A stretch of 64,000 nt of DNA from Alphaproteobacteria bacterium (GTDB lineage Bacteria > Pseudomonadota > Alphaproteobacteria > GCA-2731375): assembly GCA_965232515.1 (NCBI GenBank), contig CBDDPY010000002.1, forward strand, positions 2,848,001 to 2,912,000. Reading direction: 5' to 3'. Each line of letters opens with the position of its first letter. Within the stretch, counting starts at the first letter, position 1. Of the stretch, positions 9,330-17,368 are shown piece by piece. Below the pieces are notes generated by a model that saw nothing but the letters and a program-made list of their open reading frames with translations, was not told the DNA's origin and ran no database searches. The position numbers and the translations under genes are program-made.

Positions 9330-9983
9330 ATGACGGACATCGACAGCCAGCAGAACTATTACGACAAGATCGGATTCAGCGAGCGCCTGGGCTTCGGCAA
9401 GCGGCCGGCCGTGCTGGTGATCGACATGAGCCGCGGCATTACCGAGCCCGGCAAGATGTATATCGACATGGACGAGCACATCCCGCGCATCCAGGCGATC
9501 AACGAGGCGGCGCGGCGGATCGGCGCGCCGGTGATCTTCACCACGGTCGCCTATCACAAGGATCTCGCCGACGCCGGCACCTTCGGCCAGAAGGTGCCGC
9601 TGGTGCAGAACCTGCTCTACGGCTCGACCGACGTCGAGATCGACCCGCGCCTGCCGGTCGAGGAATCGGACCACCTGCTGGTGAAGAAGTTCCCGAGCGC
9701 CTTCTACGGCACCAACCTGCAGTCGATGCTGACCGGCCTCGGCGTCGACACCACCATCATCGTCGGCAACTCGACCAGCGGCTGCGTGCGGGCGACGACC
9801 TGCGACGCCATCTCGGGCGGCTTCCGCCCTGTTGTCCCCAGCGACTGCGTCGCCGACCGCGCGCCGCTGTCGCACGAGGTGAACCTGTTCGACATGGACT
9901 CGAAATACGCCGACGTCATGCCGAGCGGCGAGGTGCTCGCCTATCTCGACGGCCTGGCTACGGACCGGGTCGCGGCCGAGTAG
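9330..9983 (+). CDS. Isochorismatase-family cysteine hydrolase (N-carbamoylsarcosine amidase/maleamate amidohydrolase-like)
   Basis: LGFGKRPAVLVIDM, KKFPSAFYGT, GNSTSGCVRAT, DCVADR: Asp-Lys-Cys triad. Confidence 0.9.
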   Translation: MTDIDSQQNYYDKIGFSERLGFGKRPAVLVIDMSRGITEPGKMYIDMDEHIPRIQAINEAARRIGAPVIFTTVAYHKDLADAGTFGQKVPLVQNLLYGSTDVEIDPRLPVEESDHLLVKKFPSAFYGTNLQSMLTGLGVDTTIIVGNSTSGCVRATTCDAISGGFRPVVPSDCVADRAPLSHEVNLFDMDSKYADVMPSGEVLAYLDGLATDRVAAE

Positions 9984-9995
9984 TCACCTCATACG

Positions 9996-10021
9996 TCATG
10001 CCCGGACGTGATCCGGGCATT
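9996..10021. repeat. Half copy of an alphaproteobacterial REP/RIME-like palindrome
   Basis: GTCATGCCCGGACGTGATCCGGGCAT, 1 mismatch to the left hairpin of the element at 29255. Confidence 0.7.
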
Positions 10022-10988
10022 CCGGCAGGGGCGGATCGGCGGAGATGCCGTTCATGGCCGCGACGCCGGGCCAGTAGTCGCTGCGGCGGAGCTGGCAGTC
10101 GAAGAACTCGTAGCGGAACCGTTCCTTGCCGGGGAAGTCCGGCGGCCACCCGTCGTCCAGGAATTGCCGCGCCCGGGCGTAGTGGCCGGTATAGATCAAC
10201 TCCAGCATGATGTCCCACAGCTTGAAGTCGTAGGGGTAGACGTCGATGCTGCCCCAATATTCGCTGTTGCGCAGCGCCTGCGCTTCGCGCCGCAGCGTCT
10301 CTTCGGAGATCGCGGACCGACGCATCAGTTCCGGCGCGAACCGGTACTTGCCGTCGCGGAACTTAAGCACGACGCCGGGCGCCGGCGAGCTGGCGAAACT
10401 CGTTTTCCAGTAGGCGAAATTAAAGTCGTAAAGCTGCGCCTCAAGCGCCGGATCGTCGTCGAGGTTCGAGAAACTCATTGGGGAGTCGCCCGTATGGAAC
10501 TCCTGCACTTTCCGGAAGGCCTTACCGACGGAATAGATATGGTAGGAATAGCAGCAATGCGCGCCGCCGGAATAAGTGGCGACCAGTACGTTCGGTTCGC
10601 CGTCGCCCGTCATGTCCTTGCCCAGCGGTATAGGCGGCACACGGTCCCAGAACGGCAACGCTCTCGGACCGACATAGATGTGTTGCTCTTCTAATTCGTC
10701 GACGATGCGGCCGGCGTTTTCGATCACCAGGCGGTCCTCCAAGCTGATGCGCCAACCGATCATGCCGCATCTGATGTCATAGATCCGGAAGGTGTAGTCG
10801 CCGATCGACGCCGATGTTTCGAGTTCCGGCCTGGCGTCACTGCTGTCGGCCGTCGTCGGAACGATGCACACCGATACCAGCGCAACGGCGAAAGCCACGG
10901 TCAGAGCCACACACCGCTTCCGTAAACCCTCCACCCGTGGGATCATCATCTCTGCCGCCCGCTCCCGGTCATCTTGGAACGAACGCAT
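9996..10988 (-). CDS. Hypothetical exported protein
   Basis: Hydrophobic N-terminal segment, DMTGDGEPN (FG-GAP-like), YSGGAHCC motif, aromatic-rich. Start uncertain, possibly a later ATG. Confidence 0.75.
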   Translation of the reverse strand: MRSFQDDRERAAEMMIPRVEGLRKRCVALTVAFAVALVSVCIVPTTADSSDARPELETSASIGDYTFRIYDIRCGMIGWRISLEDRLVIENAGRIVDELEEQHIYVGPRALPFWDRVPPIPLGKDMTGDGEPNVLVATYSGGAHCCYSYHIYSVGKAFRKVQEFHTGDSPMSFSNLDDDPALEAQLYDFNFAYWKTSFASSPAPGVVLKFRDGKYRFAPELMRRSAISEETLRREAQALRNSEYWGSIDVYPYDFKLWDIMLELIYTGHYARARQFLDDGWPPDFPGKERFRYEFFDCQLRRSDYWPGVAAMNGISADPPLPECPDHVRA

Positions 10989-11137
10989 CTTATCATAGAA
11001 AAATCTAACTTATATACACTAAGAAGTAGAATTCAATTTCAGCGGCATACTTCGATCCACACCGAAGCACGGGCCAGAACCAAGCGTTACCTTCGCCGAC
11101 GTTCACTGAATGACATCGGCGGGAAGGCAGGCGGCTC

Positions 11138-12115
11138 ATGGCGAATGCGGCGCGAGCGTCAAACCGAGCGGTGGAGCTGGCGCTGTTGGGGTTGCTGGCG
11201 TTCCTGTGGGGGGCGTCCTATCCATTATTGAAGGTAGCGGTGGCGGAGATCCCGCCGCTGACGGTGATCGCGGTGCGGGTCGCGACGGCGGCGGCGGTGC
11301 TGACCGCGTTGGCGCGGTGGCAGGGCCATCGTCTGCCGCGCGAGACCAAGATGTGGCGGGCGCTGCTGGTGCAGGCCTTCTGCAACAGCATCGGCGCCTG
11401 GACGCTGCTGGCCTGGGGACAGCGCCATGTCGACAGCGGTCTCGCGGGCGTGCTGAATTCGACGTCGCCGATTTTCGTCTTCGCGATGACGTGGCTCTGG
11501 ACCCGGCACGAGGCGGTGAACGGCCGCAGGCTGCTCGGCGCCCTGCTGGGGCTGGCGGGCGTGGTCCTGATCATCGGCATCGACGTGCTGCAGGGACTGG
11601 GCCGAGAGGTGGTTGCGCAGGCTGCCGTGCTGGCGGGCGCCGTGCTCTATGCGATCGCGGCGATCTACGGCAAGCGCTTCGCCGGCCAGCCGCCGGCGGT
11701 GACGGCGGCCGGCACGATGATCTGGGCGACGGTCTGCCTGGTACCGCTCAGCCTCACCGTCGAGCGGCCGTGGACGCTGCAGCCCTCGATGGCGGCGATC
11801 ATGGCCACGGCCATACTGGCCGTGTTGTCGACGGCGCTGGCGCTGCTGCTCTATTTCCGGCTGGTGCGAACGCTGGGGTCGATGGGCGTCGCCAGCCAGA
11901 GCTATCTTCGGGCCGGCATCAGCGTCCTGCTTGGCGTGGTCCTGCTGGGCGAGACGATCAGCTGGCCGGTCGGCCTAGGCCTGGCGGCGATCATCGCCGG
12001 CGTCGCCGCCATCAATGTCGCGAGACCACGCCGTCCCGCTCAGTCGGGTGAGGCGAGCAGATCCGGATACACGAGAAAGGCCGTCACGAGGAACGCCAGC
12101 AGGCCGGCGGCCTGA
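11138..12115 (+). CDS. DMT/EamA family transporter
   Basis: LWGASYPLLKVAV..IPPLTVIAVR, DSGLAGVLNSTSPIF, about 10 TM segments, LLGETIS. Confidence 0.9.
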   Translation: MANAARASNRAVELALLGLLAFLWGASYPLLKVAVAEIPPLTVIAVRVATAAAVLTALARWQGHRLPRETKMWRALLVQAFCNSIGAWTLLAWGQRHVDSGLAGVLNSTSPIFVFAMTWLWTRHEAVNGRRLLGALLGLAGVVLIIGIDVLQGLGREVVAQAAVLAGAVLYAIAAIYGKRFAGQPPAVTAAGTMIWATVCLVPLSLTVERPWTLQPSMAAIMATAILAVLSTALALLLYFRLVRTLGSMGVASQSYLRAGISVLLGVVLLGETISWPVGLGLAAIIAGVAAINVARPRRPAQSGEASRSGYTRKAVTRNASRPAA

Positions 12116-12228
12116 AACATGGCGGCGGCGCGCCGACCGCGCCGGAAGGCGTAGACGATCAGGAACGCCCACACCAGCACGCCCCATAGAAACGCGATCT
12201 GAAATGCCAGCAGATTGTCCATATCCAT
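12040..12228 (-). CDS. Small two-TM membrane protein (62 aa)
   Basis: Two hydrophobic helices flanking RRGRR; convergent 76-bp overlap with the EamA tail. Confidence 0.55.
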   Translation of the reverse strand: MDMDNLLAFQIAFLWGVLVWAFLIVYAFRRGRRAAAMFQAAGLLAFLVTAFLVYPDLLASPD

Positions 12229-12300
12229 TCCCAGCGCAGACCGAGCAAAAATATGACATGGATCACATCACGGTTGGGACGGCGTGCTTAACTTTGAGGC

Positions 12301-12501
12301 ATGCACATTCGATTTGATGATGTGGTTGCGCGGGTGCGGCGGCTGCCGGCGGCGCAACAGGACGAGGCGGCGGCGTTGCTGATTGATTTTCTGCGGAATG
12401 TCGACAAGCCGCCGGCCGGGTGCGACGGCCGGACAGGCGTGCCGGGGCGTTATGCCACGGCGGCGCAGATCGACGCGGTCTTCAGATCGCTCAGCCGCTA
12501 A
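12301..12501 (+). CDS. Small hypothetical protein (66 aa), antitoxin/addiction-module-like
   Basis: GAGG RBS; VARVRRLPAAQQDEAAALL...ATAAQIDAVF resembles small antitoxin-like proteins (recollection, not searched). Confidence 0.55.
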   Translation: MHIRFDDVVARVRRLPAAQQDEAAALLIDFLRNVDKPPAGCDGRTGVPGRYATAAQIDAVFRSLSR

Positions 12502-12514
12502 CGCCGCGGGCGGC

Positions 12515-13345
12515 CTAGCGCCTGACGCCGTGGACGATCAGGTAGTCTCTGGGGACGCAGATCCCCAACTCGGTCGCGAAATGCGCATGGAAGGCGACGA
12601 ACTTCCGCTTGAGGTCCTGGCAGGCCGCCTCGTCGAGCCTCGCCACGAGCGTGCGCAGCGGGCCGTAGCCGGTTGAGAACGTCTCCCAGGCCGTGAGGCC
12701 GTCCGGCTCGCGATAGTACGAGGTGCCGTGCTCGAAGGTGAGGTCGAAATCGTCGCCGAGAAGTTCGGCAATGCGTTCCGGCCTGCCCCATTCGAACGGC
12801 GAGGCCGGCGGCGTGCCGGCCGGCGCCGGCATGAAGGCCTTCATCACCTTGAACATCTCGAAGACGTTGCCGTCCGGTGTCCAGGTCGCCAGCGCCAAGC
12901 GGCCGCCCGGCCGGCAGACACGGGCAAGCTCGGCGGCGGCGTCTGCCGGCCGCTGCACGAACATGACGCCGAAGGTCGAGATCACGGCGTCGAAGGCGCC
13001 CGTCGGATAGGCCAGCAGCTCGGCGTCGCCGTCGTCGAATGCGATATCGAGACCGCGCGTGCCGGCGAAGTCCCGCGCCGCGGCGACGACGTCGGGCGCG
13101 AAATCGACGCCGGTGACCTTGAAGCCCCGGTCGGCCAGCCGCCGCGCGGTCCAGCCGGTGCCCGTGGCGACGTCGAGAATGCGGTCGCCCGGCTCGGGCG
13201 CCAGACGATTGATGCAGTGCTCGATGGCGTCCGCGATGCCCCGGCTCACCTCGTCGTAGGCGCGGCCGGCCGACGACCAGGTCGCCGACGGCACGGCATT
13301 GTGCGGGCGGACGGTTTTCTCGACAGAATCTTGTGCAAGAGTCAT
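12515..13345 (-). CDS. Class I SAM-dependent methyltransferase
   Basis: ILDVATGTG, GDAELL, FDAVISTFGVMF, ARVCRPGGRL. Start ATG 13345 has a GGAGA RBS; the ORF-track extension is spurious. Confidence 0.9.
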   Translation of the reverse strand: MTLAQDSVEKTVRPHNAVPSATWSSAGRAYDEVSRGIADAIEHCINRLAPEPGDRILDVATGTGWTARRLADRGFKVTGVDFAPDVVAAARDFAGTRGLDIAFDDGDAELLAYPTGAFDAVISTFGVMFVQRPADAAAELARVCRPGGRLALATWTPDGNVFEMFKVMKAFMPAPAGTPPASPFEWGRPERIAELLGDDFDLTFEHGTSYYREPDGLTAWETFSTGYGPLRTLVARLDEAACQDLKRKFVAFHAHFATELGICVPRDYLIVHGVRR

Positions 13346-13425
13346 TCTTGTCTCCATTCGATTGCACGCCCGAGACCAGATGGCCCCTGGACGTGGCGGG
13401 GAGATCGGAAAGCGAGAACCGACGA

Positions 13426-13448
13426 TCCAGTTCAGAAAATGAACCGGA
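13426..13448. promoter_or_regulatory. Palindromic operator, probably for the HxlR regulator
   Basis: TCCAGTTCA-GAAAA-TGAACCGGA between divergent methyltransferase and HxlR genes. Confidence 0.55.
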
Positions 13449-13516
13449 CACGGGATTGGCCGTCGCCTACATATCGACAGACGCCGATCCGGCAACCCAG
13501 TCAGGACCGTCGAGCC

Positions 13517-14224
13517 ATGAAAAAAGAAACGGAATACGGGCAATTCTGCCCTGTCGCCAAGGCGGCCGAGATCGTTACCACGCGATGGACGCCGCTGATC
13601 CTGCGCGAGCTGATCTGCGGCAGCTCGCGCTTTAACGAAATCCATCGCGGCGTGCCGCTGATGTCACGGGCCCTGCTGTCGAAGCGGCTGAAGGAGCTGC
13701 AGACATCAGGCGTCATCGAACGTGACGGGCCGGCTGGATCGCAGACCTCGGCCTACCGCCTGACGCAATCGGGCGAAGCGCTGCAGCCGATCATCGTCGC
13801 GCTGGGCCTCTGGGGCCAGCAATGGGTGGAGAGCGCGCTCGAGGGACCGGACTGGGATGCCGGCGTGCTGATGTGGGACATGAAACGGCGCATCGATACC
13901 TCGGTCATGCCCACCGGACGTACGGTCATGCAGTTCGACTATCACGACGCGCCAAGCGAGCTGAGCCGCTGGTGGCTGGTCATCGACGACGACGATGTCG
14001 ATCTTTGCCAGTCCGATCCGGGGCACGAGGTCGACCTTTACGTCGCTTCCAGCGTTCCGGTCATGGCCAGCGTCTGGATCGGCAAGCGGTCGCTGGCGGG
14101 CGCATTGGATGACGAGGAAATCGTCGTCGTCGGCGACGCCGCGCTCTGCAAGACAATCCGGCGCTGGCTGAAGTTGTCCCTGCTGGTCGATGCCGCGAAA
14201 GCGTCAGAAGCCCTAGCGGGTTAG
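13517..14224 (+). CDS. HxlR-family winged-HTH regulator with C-terminal SCP2-like domain
   Basis: YGQFCPVAKAAEIV..RWTPLILREL, RFNEIHRGVP.MSRALLSKRLKEL, VDLCQSDPGHEVDL. Confidence 0.9.
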   Translation: MKKETEYGQFCPVAKAAEIVTTRWTPLILRELICGSSRFNEIHRGVPLMSRALLSKRLKELQTSGVIERDGPAGSQTSAYRLTQSGEALQPIIVALGLWGQQWVESALEGPDWDAGVLMWDMKRRIDTSVMPTGRTVMQFDYHDAPSELSRWWLVIDDDDVDLCQSDPGHEVDLYVASSVPVMASVWIGKRSLAGALDDEEIVVVGDAALCKTIRRWLKLSLLVDAAKASEALAG

Positions 14225-14388
14225 AGACCGGCGATGGTGACGAGATTAACCATAGTCGCAAAAAGTTGATCTAATGCGCCGATTTCCGGCGTTTTCCGAG
14301 CAAGCTGCGGAGCCTTGCCGGCCATTGTTCGGGCATGCGACTATTGGCGGCATTCGGGCAAACGGGGGCGCAAGGCGGGTTGCGGCCG

Positions 14389-14757
14389 ATGGCAAGAACA
14401 ATGTTTGAAAAATACGGCGGATTCGGCGCCGTCAGCAAAGTGGTCAGCGCGTTCTACGACAAGGTGCTGGACTCCGACATCATCGGTCCGTATTTCGACG
14501 ATGTCGACATGCGCCGGCTGGTGGATCACCAGACCAAGTTCATCTCGGACACCATGGGCGGCCCGGCCAGCTATTCGAACGAGGCCCTGCGCAAGGTGCA
14601 CGCGTCGCACCATATCGATCGCGAGGCGTATGAGGAGATGGCCCGGCTGCTGCGCGAGACGCTGCTGGAGTTCGAGATCGAGCCGGCCGACGTCGACGCC
14701 ATCATGAGCGAGATCGAGGCCCGGTCGGCCTACGTGATCTCCGGTCAGGCGACGTGA
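14389..14757 (+). CDS. Group I truncated hemoglobin (2/2 globin)
   Basis: MFEKYGG..AVSKVVSAFYDKV (B10 Tyr), YFDDVDMRRL..HQTKF, MGGPASY, proximal His in LRKVH. Confidence 0.88.
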   Translation: MARTMFEKYGGFGAVSKVVSAFYDKVLDSDIIGPYFDDVDMRRLVDHQTKFISDTMGGPASYSNEALRKVHASHHIDREAYEEMARLLRETLLEFEIEPADVDAIMSEIEARSAYVISGQAT

Positions 14758-15842
14758 GCGAGCCGGCCCGGGATATCGCCATGAACATGGACCGCTTCCG
14801 CGCGGCCCTGCTCGACACGGTCGGTGTCGGCTTGGCCGTCGTCGAGCCGAACGAGTTCCGCTTGCTGATCCATAACGCCATGTTCGCCGAATGGTTCCCG
14901 GCCGTGAATGAGGGTTCGGTGCGGCTGCTGGACATCCTGCCCGACTTCGACTTGCCGATGGCGAAGGCGCGCCTCAGCGAAGCGCAGAGCTGGAAATTCG
15001 AGGTCGAGGTCAAACCGAAACGCCGCACCATCGTGCTGGCGATCGAAGTGGTGCCGGCCGAGGGTTCGATCGACGGCGAGCTGATGGTGCAGTGCCAGAA
15101 CATCTCGAAGATCCGCGAACTGGAATACATGATCGAGTCCTACTCGAACATGATCGAGCGGCAGAACCGCGACCTGCGCAAGGAGAAGGAGCGGGTCGAA
15201 AAGCTGCTGCTGAACATCATGCCGCAGCAGGTCTACGAGGAATGGAAGGAGTTCGGCGTCACCACGCCGCACCGCTATGACGCGGCATCGGTGCTGATGC
15301 TGGATTTCGTCGGCTTCACCGAGATGTCGATCACGCACGAGCCGACCAAGTTGATCGCCGAATTGAACGACATCTTCACCGGCTTCGACCGCATCGTCGA
15401 ACAGTTCGGCTGCGAGCGACTGAAGACGATCGGCGATGCCTATGTGGCCGTCGCCGGCGTGCCGGAACCGAACCCGGATCACGCGCGCAACGTCGCCCAG
15501 GTGGCCCTGCGCTTCGTGCGGTTTCTCAAACGCCGCAACAGCACCAGCGAGTTCGAATGGCGCTGCCGTGTCGGCATCAGCTCGGGCCCGGTGATCGGCT
15601 CCGTCGTCGGCGTGCAGAAATACGTCTACGACATCTTCGGCCCGGGCATGAATCTCGCCGCCCGGCTGGAGCCGCTGTGCCAGCCCATGGAGATCCTGGT
15701 CAGCGGCGACACGCACGCGCTGATCGGCAACGACTTCGCCTTCTCGAACATGGGCACGCACGACATCCGCGGCTTCGGCCCGAAGGCCGTCTACCGCCTG
15801 GAAGGCGACTTCGGCGCGGCCAACGATTCCGCCTTCGGATAG
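14754..15842 (+). CDS. Class III adenylate/guanylate cyclase with N-terminal PAS-like region and coiled-coil linker
   Basis: EKERVEKLLLNIMP, LDFVGFT, LKTIGDAYVAVAG, YDIFGPGMNLAARLE; GTGA overlap with the globin. Confidence 0.9.
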   Translation: MSEPARDIAMNMDRFRAALLDTVGVGLAVVEPNEFRLLIHNAMFAEWFPAVNEGSVRLLDILPDFDLPMAKARLSEAQSWKFEVEVKPKRRTIVLAIEVVPAEGSIDGELMVQCQNISKIRELEYMIESYSNMIERQNRDLRKEKERVEKLLLNIMPQQVYEEWKEFGVTTPHRYDAASVLMLDFVGFTEMSITHEPTKLIAELNDIFTGFDRIVEQFGCERLKTIGDAYVAVAGVPEPNPDHARNVAQVALRFVRFLKRRNSTSEFEWRCRVGISSGPVIGSVVGVQKYVYDIFGPGMNLAARLEPLCQPMEILVSGDTHALIGNDFAFSNMGTHDIRGFGPKAVYRLEGDFGAANDSAFG

Positions 15843-15849
15843 CGCCGCG

Positions 15850-17106
15850 TCAATCACCCAGCGAAGCCGACCGCGATGCGGTGTCGACTGTCTCACGCGC
15901 CAGATAGTCACGCTGCAGGTCCGTGATGTAGTCGCGGGTGATCGGGGCGGCATCGCGCTGGCGGGAGAGCTGCATCTGGAAGACGAGCTGGCTGCCGGTG
16001 CGGAACATCATCTCGGCGCTGATCAGATAGAACTCCCACATACGGGCGAAGCGGGCGTCGTACATCGCTTCGATTTGCGCCCGGTTGGCCTGGAAGCGGC
16101 GGTCCCATTCCAGCAGCGTCTTGGCGTAGTGCACGCGCAGGAATTCTAGGTCGGTGACCCAGAGGCTGTGCTGCTCGACGACCTCGAAGACTTCAGACAA
16201 CGCGGGCGAATAGGCGCCGGGAAAGATGTATTTCCTGAGCCACGGGCTCGCCGTGCCGGGCGGGCTCATATGGCCGATGGAATGCAGCATCATCAGGCCG
16301 TCGTCGGGCATCAGATCGTTGATCTTGGCGAAGAACTCACCGTAGTGATGCACGCCGACATGCTCGAACATGCCGACCGAGACGATACGGTCGAAGCGGC
16401 CCTCGACCTCGCGGTAATCACGCAGCTCGAAACGCACCCGGCCCTCCAGCCCGGCGTCACGCGCGCGCTGCTGCGCCAGCGCGTGCTGCTCTTCCGAGAG
16501 CGTGACGCCCAGCACCTCGATATCTTCGAGCCCGGCGAGGTAGAGCCCGAGTCCGCCCCAGCCGCAGCCGATATCGAGCACGCGCTGGCCCGGCTTGAGG
16601 CCGAGCTTGGCGGCCAAGAGCCGCATCTTGTTGCGCTGCGCCGCCTCCAGGCTGTCGCCATCGTCGCGGAAATAGGCGCACGAGTAATGCATGTCGTCGT
16701 CGAGGAAGAGTTTGTAGAAGTCGTTGCCGAGGTCATAGTGATGGGCGACGTTCTGCTGTGCCTGCCCGACCCGGTTGGCCTGCTGGAACTTCTTCAGCAT
16801 GCGCGAGATGCGCCGCAACACGTGCTGCAGCGGATAGGAGCCCAGCGCCAGACGGTTGATCGAGAACAGCGTCAGAAAATCCCGTAGACCGGAGTCCTCG
16901 AAGCTGAGCCGGCCGTCCATATAGGCTTCGCCGGCATGCAGTTCGGGATTGAAGAACAGCTTGCGGTAAAGCGTCGGATCGCTGAGCCGCATGGTCACGA
17001 CCGGCCCCGGCGCGCCGGCAAAGACATGAACGCGGTCGTCGGCATCGATCACGTTCAGCGTGCCGGTTTGCACGAACGACTTCAGCATGTGCGACAGGGG
17101 AAACAT
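15850..17106 (-). CDS. cfa: Cyclopropane-fatty-acyl-phospholipid synthase family methyltransferase
   Basis: AHHYDLGNDFY, YSCAYF, VLDIGCGWGG, SVGMFEHVG, KYIFPG, RMWEFYL. Confidence 0.9.
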   Translation of the reverse strand: MFPLSHMLKSFVQTGTLNVIDADDRVHVFAGAPGPVVTMRLSDPTLYRKLFFNPELHAGEAYMDGRLSFEDSGLRDFLTLFSINRLALGSYPLQHVLRRISRMLKKFQQANRVGQAQQNVAHHYDLGNDFYKLFLDDDMHYSCAYFRDDGDSLEAAQRNKMRLLAAKLGLKPGQRVLDIGCGWGGLGLYLAGLEDIEVLGVTLSEEQHALAQQRARDAGLEGRVRFELRDYREVEGRFDRIVSVGMFEHVGVHHYGEFFAKINDLMPDDGLMMLHSIGHMSPPGTASPWLRKYIFPGAYSPALSEVFEVVEQHSLWVTDLEFLRVHYAKTLLEWDRRFQANRAQIEAMYDARFARMWEFYLISAEMMFRTGSQLVFQMQLSRQRDAAPITRDYITDLQRDYLARETVDTASRSASLGD

Positions 17107-17368
17107 CCGCGCATCCTCGAATCTCTCGGCCGGCCGAGTCGCCGCCGCCGCTACCTTAACGCGGTAACAGATACGTCCAAAGACGCACCGTTAGATGCAC
17201 GGCGCCGGCAATACGTCACGGCCTGGCGAAAACGTTTGGTCGCGCCGGGACGGCGCGGTCCTTCGTCCCGACCAACCAGCGTATCGCCCCGATTCACAAG
17301 ACGTCGGGCGATATCAACACGGCGTGCGATATCGCCACAACGGCCGTGAAGGCCCCGGACGTGCCGGC

